Below are positions 25,475 to 38,865 of a stretch of DNA of 50,911 nucleotides, in pieces (positions within the stretch are counted from its first letter, which is position 1; each line of letters begins with the position of its first letter). The stretch is from Spizellomyces punctatus DAOM BR117 (Eukaryota), in the NCBI GenBank assembly GCA_000182565.2, contig KQ257455.1; one strand, written 5' to 3'. The notes under the pieces are model-generated. The model did no database searches, had not been told where the DNA came from, and saw only the letters and a program-made list of their open reading frames with translations. The position numbers and the translations under genes are program-made.

Positions 25475-28400
25475 ATGCGAATAATTCCCATCACCGCTGC
25501 AACGACGATGCCCAGCATGCCGGACGCGGCTAGTTCCGAGAACACGTCTTCTACGTCCAACGGGCCCTTCTTTAACATTGATGATATTCTTGGAAAGAAT
25601 TCGGGATCAGACGAAGCCAATTTCCAGCAGCTCTTCAAACCAAATGTTCGTAACATGGCAGCGCCTGTTTTCAGGCCGTTGCTACGGCCAGGTCTGCGAC
25701 CGGCTTCTGTGCGCACTACTTCCTTGCTGGAGCAGGGTGGGTCTCTGGCAAGTTGAGCCGGATATCTCATAGATAGTGGCTGACCAATGCAACTGTCGGG
25801 CACAGGAGATCAGCATCCCTCGTCCGCATCCCAAGAACTGCTGTCCGTAAGCAAGGCGGATAGTGAGGACAGAAGTGCAGCAACAATACCTTCTAGCACT
25901 AGGAAGTTTGTTCCATTATTAAGATCAAAGGGAGGACGGGCGCCTTTTCGACAGTTGGCACATGGTGCCACAGGAGCATATGATTGTACCGACAGCCCTC
26001 CCGTTGAGAGACCCAATTCTTTAGCTACGTCAACCATGTTGCAGCCGCAAACGACTATTACTCAGGGTCAATCTGCTAATATGCCAAACGTCGTGTCGAG
26101 TCAGACATCCTCTTCCTCGCCTTCCTTAAACCCAAAAGTGAGGGATTTGGCAGTAATGGACAAGCACGATAATGAGCCAAGAGATTTATCAATATTGTTG
26201 CTTTGTAGCTGGCGCATGTGATTGTGTCAGAACGAAGAGATGAGCCGGTATGAATCATAATCCTACTGGTATGATATGCAGTGCTTGTTTGACCCACCAC
26301 TGATGGATCGGTAGACGCTGAAAGATGCTCCAGGGAGCAGGCTGCCGAAATTAGGCACGCAATGCCATTGAATTGAATATTCTCAGGCCCGTGTTTTGAC
26401 TTTACCACGTTTAGAGAAACTACGAAACGCAATCAACCACCCGATGCTACCGAAAGCCGTACTGCCCCGACTTGATCAAAGAAGTCCTTTTGTGCGGCGT
26501 GGATCTGCAGATAGAACGGGACCTGAACGGGTCACAGCAAAAAAGATTGATGCAGCAGCAGAGGGGAAAGAAGTGCTATCTGATAATGATCGGATGAATA
26601 TCTCATCAAGTGCCTCGACAATCTCGATGGGCGACGCAGTGGGTGTGAGGCAAAAGAATACCTCAGCTGAAATATGCGGTGAAGAGAAGGTATTGCCGCA
26701 TGTTAGGGCTTCGTTAAGCCTAATTCAGAACTGAAGCACTGCTTTGCTTATACCTTGATCAGCCGAAGGGTATCAAGCGTATCTTGACGCCAGCTGTACC
26801 TAGAGCTATTTTAGGCTCCATTCAGAGGCCATCTGTTCGGAACCTGCCTTTAATGCATGCCCCGCCCTTGGTATCAGCCTCAGCCACAACGGAGAGGCAA
26901 ATATCCCCGAACCCCAGTTCTACTTCTAACGCTGCCGCTGCGCACGCGACTGTGACGTCAGGAGTTGAACATCACCAAGCCAAAACTGTGATAAGGGAAC
27001 GGTCTCAAAGTTCTGCACTTCTTAGTCCATCTTTAGGAGAAGATGGGCATTGTGGTTCTAAGCCGAAAGATGATGACGGGGTGTCTCCAACTGGTTGGTT
27101 CCTGGAGGTCCTCTATGTTTTACGCTCATCAGTTTTACGCCTGACATCTTCTAGATATGGAAGTTTCGCGTGATCCATTGCCACAGCGGCCAATTACACC
27201 GCAGCGTCGTTGGTCTAGAAGCACTCCAATGTCTTCTCGAGGTTGTACTCGCTGACGATTGGCAGTAAATGACTTTGACCTGGTTGACCTTCAGTTGTAG
27301 AGGACGGTGCGTATCACAGCCCTCCTGCGACGCCGCAAACGTTAGCCGCACATGGTGGGTATCCCGGAAAGCGACTATATTCTTGCATTAAGACGTCACC
27401 AGACTCTGTGTCCCCTGAGCACCTTTATTCACCCTGGTTGCTCTCCTCTCAGAGCAACCAGAGCAGCGCCGTGAACGCACAGGCAATAGCGAATCGGATG
27501 AGTTAGGTAAGTACACGGGAAGCCCCTGGATATGGCCTGCGATGTACTTCGCGTCGTGGCCCAACCCTTGTCCAGCTGCCGGTAGAGCTTACGTACCGAT
27601 AGCATCCTATGGTTCCTTTCGTTGCACTATAATGTTCCGGACGACATCTCACTGATCCATCCCCTTAGCAACACGAGGCGGTGAGCAACGGCGGACAGAT
27701 GAATCCCGCGGGGGCATGGTGTCGAATAAGAGGATCCACTCTGGATCAACGATGCAACCACCAGTTCCGCAGAACCTGTTTGGTACGATAATCGGTGGCT
27801 CACATCTGATGTTCTATTTCCTCTGAATATGACAATGCCTGCAGAATTGTCCCAAAACGCGGTACAGCGTGCCAATATGTATGCTGGGCAGTTTGAGCAA
27901 TTGTCAAAGGAGAAAAGTCTTGCTCAGAGTGTATCATTGTTGCCAAGTGGCACGCAATACCAGCGGCCAAGCACTCCTGCCATTGAAGCAAGGGATTGGA
28001 AGACAATCTGCACGACAATTGTAGGAGATGTGCTTATGCTGGTGAATAGCGGATTCTTGATCACATTTCTGTATCAGACACAAGAAGTGGAGCAGGCCAC
28101 CCGTCAGGCACTCGATGGTACGTGTTGGATCAATGCATTTGCAGGCAATGGATGGTCTGATTGGCTGCTTACAGGAATCGAGCAAGACAATCGGTTCACT
28201 CTACGACAGCACATGGAGGTAAATCACAGTAATCTTCTCCAAATATGCAGCTCGTCAAACCTGTCTCTTCTATGCAGCTCGATCAGATCGACCGGACCAT
28301 GCAGATTTTGCGGAGTGAGATCGCAGATCAGCGTGGTATGCGCAGAAGTTTCAACATGGGTAACATATGATCACCACATAAGTAGTATTCCGCCCCTCGT

Positions 28401-28754
28401 GTAGCACGGATCCTGAACATGGCCTGCGACATGCTTATACTTTTGCGTGACGACGAGCTAAAGCCGCCCGCGGAAACAAGGGATTCCAAGAAGCGGAAAA
28501 GAAATGAGATGGATGAGGGGCGGGACGCATCTCCTCTTGAAGCTTCCCACTCCATCCCAGTTGTAATGGACACGGCGCATGCACTCAAACTAACCCCACT
28601 TGATTCCCAAACAGGCGACCCAGGGAGTGACCATGTATCAAGCAGCGGCGAAGGCAGTGAACCTATTTCGAACACCAAGGATTCTTTACAGCCTATTAGC
28701 ACTGTGAAGCATGACAAGCAGGACTCGGACAATGAATCCGTCGATTTGATGTAG
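25475..28754 (+). CDS. Hypothetical multi-exon Ser/Pro-rich protein with C-terminal helical region and KKRKR NLS
   Basis: Chain of same-strand ORFs (25475, 25787, 26396, 26784, 27829, 28419) separated by GT-AG intron-like gaps. The exact exon structure is not resolved and no family was recognised. Confidence 0.55.
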
Positions 28755-29129
28755 TTTTCTATTATGTACTTTGTCATTACCTGTTTATATATATATATGT
28801 TCATTGCCTTTTCAAATATGATACTTTCAGCTGTAATTCTTCAAATTGACAACTGAGACGCAAAGGTCACGGTCACCAAATGCCGAAAAGACATTTGTTT
28901 GGATGACAAGAAAATGGAGCCATGATACTGCCTTCAGTGACCGAATGTCCTTTATTGAAGAAATTAACCTGGGGTATCGGCTGCATTGCAGCTTGAGGAC
29001 ACTCTGACGTCTCAGAAACAAGGCGCGGGCAGGTTCAAAGCATAAAGTCGTCATCCAAACGACCCAAAATCCCATCATCAACAAAAAAAAAAAAATTCCA
29101 AACAATCACCCAAACTAAAGCCGAACTTG

Positions 29130-29928
29130 CTACTTTCTCTTCTTCTCCGCTCTTTGTTGCCCCTCCTCATCACTCCTTCTCCTTTTCTTCCTCAAAGAAG
29201 ATGATGACTGAGCAGCACTTGACAATCCCACGGTTGCTCCAACTCGATTCCCACCTCCAACGCCGCTCGTCGCTGCGTTCTTCATTATAAACTCTGCATC
29301 CTCCGCCACAATGATTCTGTCTCCTGGGATGCTGGTATTGTAAAAAATTCGGGAAAGGGCGGGAAGGAATACGGGCGGGTTATCGTCATTCCGGCAAAAA
29401 GCGTAATAAAAGTTGGTCTTTTAAAAAGACAAAGGGGCATTCGTTAATACGTTTTACGAAAGTTTATCTGTCATAGAAACATACCTCTGGATTCAGATAG
29501 GTTAAAACACCATTGCACTCATCGGCCAATTTTAACTCTTTTGGAGCAGCAACGCCGTCTCTCATATCTGTCAATCCGACACCGCCATCCGGGAATTTCG
29601 AGTACAGTGACCGAGAGAGGGACGGATAAGGATAATGCGTGTATCGCCAAAATGGATGTGCATCGTCTACGAGATCTGTTGGCATCATGCGACGGTGCTG
29701 AGGACGCCGAGAGTAGGGTGCATGTCGGGATAACGGAGCGTATGGGTATGGGTCGCCTGAAAAGTAGGGAGGCGGCGGGGGACGAAGGTAGTTCCAGAAT
29801 GGTGTTGGAGATGAGATGGGGCGGTGAGGTAGAGTGCTGCTGGTGGGTGCGGGATGATGACGGCGGTAACGGGGACGGGTGTGGTGGGATGTGCTGCTGC
29901 TGCTGTGGGATTGAGTTTCTACTTCCAT
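29130..29928 (-). CDS. Hypothetical two-exon protein (Pro/His/Tyr-rich N-terminus, basic C-terminus)
   Basis: MEVETQSHSSS...KFPDGGVGLTD...LTYLNPE|TNFYYAFCRND...RKKRRR...AEKKRK-stop; one canonical intron near 29418-29484. Confidence 0.65.
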
Positions 29929-31485
29929 TTTTGAGCAGTGAGACAAGATGGGTGGTGTATGGCGGTCGTGAACCTTGAATGTGTGAAGGAGAGTCCAGGT
30001 TGCGAATCTTGATGTGGAACACTGAGTATCGTGGTTTTGAAAAACTGGCGATATAGAACCGAAGTAGCTACGGACCGAGTTCCTCTTTTGACGGTCACCT
30101 ACGTCACAAATACTCTTACAAAGTCTGAAAGGAGGTTTTCAGCCTCGGAATGTCAAAAAACAGTATATCGTCCGGTCTCGTAAGCTCCCAAAAAAAGAAA
30201 CAACCCAAGATCTTGCTGTTAAAAAAAGCCCCGTCGACCTCCACCGGCTGTATCGGTGAATATGTACGGTTTGAGCGTCCTATTTCCTTTATATGTTCGA
30301 CTAGAAGGGCATGGCGGTGTATAACGTTCTCTTAATGTGAGATCTTGTGTGTAAGATTTGCGTACAAAGGGGAGCTTGTTGGAGGATATGTCAAAATGGC
30401 CACCTGCCTCGCGCTTGACCCACCAAGAAACACCAGATCGATACTCAAGTCCAACAAAACCAATACAAAGGCAAATAAAAAAATGTCCGAAGAGACTGTC
30501 TGACCAGTTCTGTCACAACAAACACCCCAAGCAAAAACAACTGCCCAACACCACCAAGTAAATCGACAAAGGAACTCAACCCTTCCCAACCCCAACGATT
30601 GTAGCGAATATTATTATTTTTAGGCCGGTTTAACACCGTCTAGTCCTTGTCCATACTGGTCTATAATGTCTGTATAAATCTCGGGCCACAACCTGAGGGT
30701 CTAAAATTGGGAACAACATCGTTAGCTGTCCTCAGTCCATGCCGGGCCTACAGCACAGTAGACCGGGCAATTGTTTTCATATAAAATGACTCTTTCGGCC
30801 ATCATCGTTGGATGGAATCCTGAGAGCTGCGATACATAAGCGCCAATTGCAAGATGTGAGAGCTACAGTTCCTTGATTGGGGACTTTGGCCAGCAGTTTC
30901 CTTCCAAAGCGGCACTTGAAAAGATCCAGTGATTATGTCACCCAGCACACGTGACTAGATCAGTTGCATTTTATTATTCAACATCTACAATCCACCACAC
31001 AACAACCATCGGATGGCCTCTATCGATGACCGTAACCTCCGGACGTGCCTTTGCGAAATATAAGCGAAAGACCAATGCCAGGGAGCGCCGCTTCGCATAG
31101 CGAAAGTTACTCTTCCCAATTGCCAGTTAGCCAAGTAGCTGTGGGAATCTACAGTAATCATAACTCTTGACACTATAATAGCAGTATCGCATCGTTTGCA
31201 TCGAACTTTCTCACATTTTCACAGTCTGGCGAAGGTCATTCGCGGATCTGGCACATTGTTCAGCAGTGTAGAAAAAGGGCTTCGAAAGTATGATTAGGAT
31301 ATTTGTTCAGAAAAGGACCTGGACTGCTAGCAGATGCTGAGCATAGTTGCGATGAGAATAAGCGGTTACGCGCGGGTGCCCTTTCAGCTTGGAACATGCG
31401 GGGCGGTGGTCTGCCGAAGGCTTCGCACAGTGGGACTGACCACAAAGACAGTTCTGTCATCGTGGACGCAGATATAAATCTAATT

Positions 31486-33693
31486 CTAGCCAAGTAACAA
31501 CTTTTGCGGTACCATCACCAGTCCAAACCCTTCGATACCATCCACCATATCACCAGGCAAGGCTACCCCATACTTGCCCAAAACAGCGGCAGCCCATAAG
31601 AAATCATTAACCTGTATCCAGTTGCACAGATCCCCTCCGACCTGAAGAACTGGCATTACAACATCTTCAAAGTGCTCTACAATATCCTCTTTTTGCTCTG
31701 CTAGGATGGACTCTACTTCCTGGGGTTGTAAAAGATCCGGCAAAACCTGCTTCCAAACACTATCCTTGTTTGTCTTTTCGAAAAGCAGAGCAATACAGAG
31801 AAGTGTGTCCTCGTCGAAGGTTTCCGCAAAATCCTCCTGTAATGAGGCCTGCAGAGTGTCAACAGCACTAATAAAAGGGTGCGAAAGGTGTTCATTCGTT
31901 AGGTTGAGGAACAGAAGCGTAGTAAGTGCGTTCGAGGAGGTGGGCGGAACAACGTCCCGGTAATGGTCTGCACGTGCTCTTTCAAAAAACTTTTGGAGAG
32001 TTGTACGACAGAGGTTCATGTTATGCTTCAAGATCGTACTCTGGCCTGTCGGGAGATCGTACCGTCAACAGATGATATTGGACAGTGGGCCATTCCACTA
32101 ATACGCACCGTCACGATATGTCCTGACCATCCTAGTTCGGTACTTCCCATCCTCTTGAACAACCACATTGCTCAGATCTGAAAGCTTTTTGCTCATCAAG
32201 CTCCAAAGGGTCGCCAAAGTTGCTATTTCATTCCTGCTTCCCACGATAGCGTCATCCTTCCAGGTAGCACTCAGTTCACAGGAGTTCATGACCAAGATGC
32301 GTGTTACAGTCAGCAGATCTTTGGGAAGCTCGACTTCGTCGTCTCCTGCAAACAGGAGATGAACCAGTCTATTTGGAGTCTTGCAAGCGAGCATATCCCG
32401 CTTCTTCTCTGCCAAAGGGTCCGAATCGTAGATATTCAGGGCCACCTTGACGTAGTCTTCAGGATTCGGGCTCAGCACAAAACCGTAGTTCCCGAGCAGG
32501 TTCTGACGATAGGTCAGGTGGAGAGCGTAAATGGCATACATTTGCAGCATACCTCATTCCCTTTCGCTCCATAGTTATTGAAGATTTGCGCTCCAGCCTC
32601 AATGTTATCCAGTGTGACAAATGTGACGCTAGTCTTGTCAGCGATCTGCCATTCGATCCGCTCGCCACGACGATGATTTAGCTAAATGAGATCGAAAGTA
32701 GTCAGATACCGACCTGTAGATTATCTTGTGCGAGAAATCAATGCTGACCATGTCCAGGATTGGATACAAGCACAGTTCACTGGTTCCCTCTGCAACTTCT
32801 ACAGCCTCCTCGGCAGCATGCTCACGGTCTTCACGGGATGTGTCATTTCTTGAACGCGGAAATGCTCGGCTCGAAATTGCTGAATATGCCCACAGCATAT
32901 TTTCCCTGTTTCCAAGCCAAAATGATTCAGAAATCAGATGGCAGGAAATCAAAATATCTTGTCCATCTCTCGACAGGGAAAGACCATTTCCATACCATGT
33001 CAAGCTATGTTTCTTAAAAAGATCACCACAGACATCCTGCAGAACCTTCAAGCCGGTTTCCAACACTTTCCTTCGCTCTCTCACAATGTGCTTCAGTCCA
33101 GTTCCTCCCAAAAGTCGATCAATCTCCTCTTCCTCCCACCAGATGGGTAGCTCATACCGCCGTGGTAGAACCTCCAGGTATGGGCGCCAAAATGACGTTG
33201 GATTTTCATATCTCTCGTAGATGAGATATGCAGAGAGAAGGATGAGTCCTGGAGCGTAAGGGTCTCGATTACTTTGTGACAGCAGAGAATAGGTTGCGGG
33301 GTTATCGACAAAGTGCTTCGTAAGCCGAGCGCCCAGGTGAGACGTCCGTGCCGTCGCTTCAGAAAGGATAAGGTGGGCAGGGATCTGGGCGATAGGGCTA
33401 TTACATGAAATGGCACGACGTGCATAAACTGTTCGAGTAGCGTTGAAGGGATCTGTTTTCACACCGCATCAGCTCTACACTTCACATTCTTGGTTGGGTA
33501 AAAACCCACCGTCCCCCGCTTCTTCTCGAAAGTCCAGGTTATCCACGTCCGCGCCCTGTTCCACGGCCCATTTTAACAGATCTCGTACACATTCCGAGTA
33601 CTTTTCCGCTGTTTCTCGCGTATCTGAAGACTTTAGTTTTTTCTCCAGTCGATCCGGCAGTGGATTGCTCTTGCGTTTTTCAACTGTCGTCAT
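31486..33693 (-). CDS. SET-domain protein lysine methyltransferase (Rubisco LSMT/SETD3/Rkm-like)
   Basis: LLKWAVEQGA, SFWRPYLEVLP, MLWAYSAISSRAF, LYPILDM..NH, IFNNYGAKGNE and NLLGNYGFVLSPNPED; multi-exon. Confidence 0.88.
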
Positions 33694-33748
33694 TGGGTGG
33701 GCCGAATTCAGTGAAGTCCATAAAGCGTTCGATCTGGTCGATGCCGAT

Positions 33749-33762
33749 GTTGCTATGGATAC
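33749..33762. promoter_or_regulatory. RFX X-box motif in the SET/uL22m bidirectional promoter
   Basis: GTTGCTATGGATAC (reverse complement GTATCCATAGCAAC), a full X-box consensus match centred in the 130-bp gap. Confidence 0.55.
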
Positions 33763-33823
33763 CGAAAATGCAAGGTCGTTGGACGCTTCGCTTGCAACGA
33801 TCTCGTTGACATTCTTGAACAAC

Positions 33824-34905
33824 ATGCTACGACGGATTGGTAGGGGTCCTCTATTGCATTGGCAGATAGAGGAGCTTAGACTGACTGAATCCTGTTCTTC
33901 GCTTTTCATAATAGGACGTGTTCAACCGGCCCTTGTGGTCCGCAATGCGACCAGCGCCAGGTAAGGCTCGTTTGTGAAGCGAGTGCCGGCGAGTAACCAG
34001 ACGTGAAGAAACTAACTGTGGGTGCCGTTTCAGGGCGCTGCAAACAAGTGTACCATCGCCCTCAGACGTCACAAGTACATCCACGCCGCCCACCACCGCC
34101 TCCAAAGCTCCCCAATCCTTCCGCCCAAGCGTTTACCCTCGCATTCGAGACTTACTCCGAGATGGCGCTTATGAATCGCCGCAAACCCTTCAGCAAACGA
34201 CCGATCAGCTTGAGGGTATCCGACGTGCACAGGAAGCTGTGGCGCAAGGTCGCTATGCGGTCCTTCAACCAAACTCGACATCCAAACGTCCGAAGAAGCC
34301 TCACCAAGCTTTCCTTGCGCGGCTGAGGGAGGATGGTGGTGACAAGATTGTCAGTTTCCGGAAAAACTTTTTGCACACGGAGTACACACGATTCGTTACC
34401 CTGTGCGATCAGGTCAAAGGTTTGACTCTGGATCAGGCCTTGCTCCAGATACGATGGTTGAGAAAGCCAATCACCAAAAAGATGGAGGAAGCTTTAAAGG
34501 AGGCAATTGTGAAAGCAAAGGAGCAGGGCCTCGACTTGAAGAAAACATTTGTGGGTTAGTGCCTTTGGTTAGAAGACACATGATCCCACTGTTCAACAGC
34601 CATTGACTTACTCATTTTACACAGCTGATGCATACGTAAAGGAGAACGCTGCAATTCTCCAATCCCAACTCGTCAAGCGCTATCTTCGTGGCCGTGGCCG
34701 TTACGGCGCGACTCCTCATCCTGTGACGGCACTCTTGGAAATTACACTCCAAGAGCGAGAAAAGCCTTTCAGCATCCGTGACAGTGACCCATTGGAATGG
34801 CTGCGAGAACGGCTGAGGGACCGCCAACGACCGTTTGTGAAGAGTGCGGAGGAGGTGTACAATGATGTGAGAAGCAAAAGACCCATTAAGCAAGTGTTTT
34901 GTTAA
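33824..34905 (+). CDS. MRPL22: Mitochondrial ribosomal protein uL22m
   Basis: Arg-rich presequence; LCDQVKGLTLDQALLQIRWLRKPITKKM...TFVADAYV...RYLRGRGRYG...LEITLQE fits the L22 family pattern. Confidence 0.8.
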
Positions 34906-35128
34906 CATGGCGGGAGGAGAGGAAACAGGTCGTGTGCATTACCATTAATAGCAAGCAATAGCTCTGTTTCATCAAGCAACAAGGAAGGTGCTTACAATGC
35001 ATGTTCAAATTCAATTGGTGGACTGGAGAACATCGATTGTATTGTCAATATTATTAGACAGATGATATTTATCTACAAAACATTTATGTAACAGATACAT
35101 GCAAAAAAAAACTACTGAATGAGGTCCT

Positions 35129-35682
35129 TTAGCCGCCGCCGCTGCCGCCTACTCCTCGTGCCAACTGTCCAACAGCCCCAATGGCAAAACCGAGACGATA
35201 CGCTTGATCTGCGAACGAGAGAGATGCTGTTTAGCCCAGCTGCTATCAAATGCACTGCGACCGATTCCAAGGAACGAATAAGGTACCTCTTTCGGCCTTT
35301 TTCTGGGGATCCTCTTCACCCTCCCCTATGGTGTACTCTGCACGACACTTTAGGCATTTCACTTCTTTCATTTTTAAACAGCACAGAATGCCACAACTAT
35401 GGGTAAAGCATTAGTCCAGTCCGGAATACAGAGCGAAACAAGACAGGAGAGAAAGTTACGGGAAGAGAAAGATTGCCATAACGTAGGCAGAGCGAGGATA
35501 GTAGGGTTTTGACCACTCGTGAACGGCTCCTGTTGGGCATGTTGGAGACTGCACATGCAGTGAGATTGTGAGTTATCGGGCATGACAATCTGGGACCAGT
35601 TGGGCAATCCACCTACCGATGGGTCCCCTCGTTCAAAATGGTCGTCGTAGGGGGGCGGCGGTGGCTCTGGCTCGTTGGACAT
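35129..35682 (-). CDS. BRI3/LITAF-like small membrane protein with PPxY motif (4 exons)
   Basis: Spliced MSNEPEPPPPPY...CPTGAVHEW...AYVMAIFLFPCGILCCLKMKEVKCLKC; the hydrophobic core FPxGILCC followed by CxxC is typical of BRI3. Confidence 0.75.
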
Positions 35683-36594
35683 GTGGATCTTGGATAATTG
35701 CAAAAACGAGAGTTTTGGCGAAAAGGACGGCGGCTGGTCATGTTCAAACGGCTTACTTAATACGGAGTCACGGGCGATGGGCATGGTTGGAATGGTTGGA
35801 TTGGGCTTTGGATTAAATGATCAGTAAGTGGGGCAGTTGATGGGATTTTGTTGATGAAGATGCTCACCGACTTTACAGTCAGCAACTATTTCTGCCATTA
35901 ATAAAATATTCCAAAAATACGGGATGCGGAGGTGATTGCCACAGTCGAGAGTCGAGTTCGAAGCAATTACGATTCTTGATAGAGCCACGATCTACACAAA
36001 TAATTATACGCAGCTGAACCATGCATTCGTTTTCTGATTTGCGGGTTAAAGTTGGGCAAATCAGCGAGAGTAAGGAGACTGATACATGCATATGCGACCG
36101 GGGTATTTTTACAGCGGTACTCAAAAATGTTTGCGCTCCAGCTGAAAGATTAGTTTGAAATCAAACGACGAGCCGAAGGCGTCATAAATAGAACTTAGAG
36201 AGCCCAATGGAGCGAGGGAAAGATGACGAAATATACATCGGGCTATCTGTGAAAGTGCGCACGGACTCTTTTCCATCAGGAATGCGAGGAAATGTAAAGC
36301 GAAAGTCCTAACGCTGTAATTCAGAGAACCATTCAGCAGCCGCTAGCAGTAGTAGTTAAGTACCGACTAGGGGCACCAGCGAGATCCAATATAATGATGA
36401 AACCTGTCCTGCAAGCAACTCCACTTTTCCGCTAGATCTAATCCAAAATGCCTTGGCTGCGCAATTCACCACCATATATATCTTCATCGGCCAAGCGTTA
36501 TTTGTTTATACTGCTTGTTCAGCCACGTGAGCGCAGCCGATTATGGCCAGCGATCAACGATGTGACTGCTGGTCCATGAGCTCTGGGTTTGAGC

Positions 36595-38865
36595 ATGTGG
36601 ACATTCACACCTCATCTGCGCCATACAAAATGGTTACGGCCGCACCGTTTTTGTCGTCACTTTCTGCAGCATGTGTCAGACGGTAGCAAGAAAAGCTTCT
36701 CTTCGGCGATCGAACCACCGTCGCTGCCTGTCTCCATTTACATTCACTGGCCGTATTGTGAAAGGTTTGAATACTGTTTCTTGGACTCTGTTGCTGGAAA
36801 AAATTGCTGGCAGCTAAGTAAGGATTCTCATGTACGGAATTTGCAACGTTCTAGTAAATGCACATACTGCTCGTTCAACAAGTATCACATACCTCAAGGG
36901 TGAGTGACAAGAACGACCCGATAGACGTATTGTGATAGCTCCACAGTTGCAGGCGGAGAAGGAGTACAATCCATCATCTCTGACAAGCGCTGATAATAGA
37001 GGGCAGGACCATGACAGAATGGAACACGCTTTATTATCAGAACTAGAGCACGCCCTCTCGGTGCCTCTAGAAAATGTTTTGAATCCCGATAAGGTTCCGC
37101 CCACATCGAAAGGGGAAGCACCTCGGCGACGAGTGAATTCGGTATATTTTGGAGGAGGCACCCCGAGTTTGGCAAGGGTAGGATATACATATAGTCATCC
37201 GTTCTTTCCTTGGTATTTCGTATATGATGGAATCATCATGGTTAATAGATTCACGCCTAATTGTCGTTTATCGTCCATTACTTGTCCCCCTTTCCCGTGG
37301 TGCCTTTTTTGATGCTTCATGCACTAGCCTACGATGATATCCTCCATTTTGGACCTGATCGCCTCGAAATGCAATGTTTCACCATCGATGGAAGTAACGC
37401 TAGAAGGCAACCCAACGGTGTGTCCCAAACCTCAACCGCCCGTGTTGCCCTGCAGAGTCTCACATGTATCCTACCAGTCTAGTGAAATGGCCCGTCTACG
37501 AGATTTTCGTGCAGCAGGGATTAATCGCATGTCCCTGGGCATCCAGGTGAATGACCCTATACTATTAGATTCTGGATAAATAAGCTCCGGGGGTTAACTT
37601 AAGCAATACATCCGCCTAAGGCGCTCGATAACAATGATCTCCGCTTTTTTGGCCGTGACCATTCCGTGATGGAAGGTATATCAGCCGCCCGATCTGCCGT
37701 AGAGTTGTTTGATGCCGTGTCGTTAGATTTCATATGGGGAAGACCTCGTCAAAGTCTTCATGCTTGGGAGGAGGAGCTAGGGGTAGGCTCTGTCGGCTTG
37801 TGCAACCTATTCGCAGGCAGAGTTTGGTAACAGACGGTTTTCGACAACAGATTGCGGCAGCCCTCAATCCAACGCATCTAAGCCTTTACCATCTGACAGT
37901 TGAACGTGGAACACCGCTTTTTGACTTTGCGAAATCTGGGAGTGTTTCTCTCCCTAATGAGGATGCGTCCGGTGAAATGTACGAAAGGACCGTCGAGGTT
38001 GGTGGTTCGGTGACCACGGTAATCAAGAAATCGCTCACCATCTCGCGGGAAAGGTCGCAGAGAAAAACGGTTACATTCAGTACGAAGTATCATCTTTTGC
38101 AAGGGATGGTAATCTGAACAATAGAAGTCGGCATAATTTGTCTTATTGGACTGGCATGGATTACATAGGTTGGCAGCGTACCCCTTGGTTGGGAAGATGA
38201 CCCTGATATTCGTTATGAAAGTGGTAACGCATCGTCGGTCGGTATAATCTAGGAATCGGTCCAGGTGCTCATGGCAGGTTGTACGGCGCTCACGACTTTC
38301 AAAGATTTCGAACCTTTAGAGTGAGTGAACTTTCATGATAATATTGCAATTTAACATCAGTGTGACGAATTCCTACATAGATCCTTGATCCAAATACCTG
38401 GATGAAACAATGCGAGGAGATCGGGCATGGGTGAGCTATTGGCATAATTGTGCCATCCATCCCATGAAGACGTGTTAATGCAACATTTTCAAACAGGATG
38501 CGAAAAGTCGTCCCGATGCCGCATCAGCAGACACTTCAGGAACTCATCGTATTAGGCCTCCGTACCAGTGACGGTGTGGATTTTCGCAATCTGTCACTGC
38601 ACATGGCAAAGCATGTGGATTACATCATGGAGGTATGTCGGCATTCGCGACATAATCCGTATGGATGGTTCTGATAGTCCTGTAGATTCTGGACTTCGCT
38701 CGTGCGCAGGATTTTGTGGATGCTGGATTATTGGAGTGGATTGATGGACAGGTGGTTTCTGTAGGTGGCGGACGGTGGGTAAGCGGAATTCGACCGACAA
38801 GAAAGGGATTGGCCGTTGTGGATGGTATAGTGGTTGAGATAACGTCTCTGAAACCGGGAAACTGA
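36595..38865 (+). CDS. RSAD1: Radical SAM heme chaperone HemW/RSAD1, mitochondrial
   Basis: IYIHWPYCESKCTYCSF (CxxxCxxC), SVYFGGGTPSL, EVTLEGNPT, GINRMSLGIQ, QYEVSSFA and HNLSYW (HemW-specific HNxxYW), GIGPGAHGR; basic presequence. Confidence 0.9.

Noticed and set aside
29519-30022. Alternative-frame 167-aa and antisense 145-aa ORFs
   Set aside because: They overlap low-complexity coding sequence of the 29130-29928 gene, whose frame splices cleanly.
30330-31480. A/C-rich tract and short ORFs; GTTCGA near 30295 as a possible tRNA
   Set aside because: No cloverleaf, snRNA signature or credible protein.
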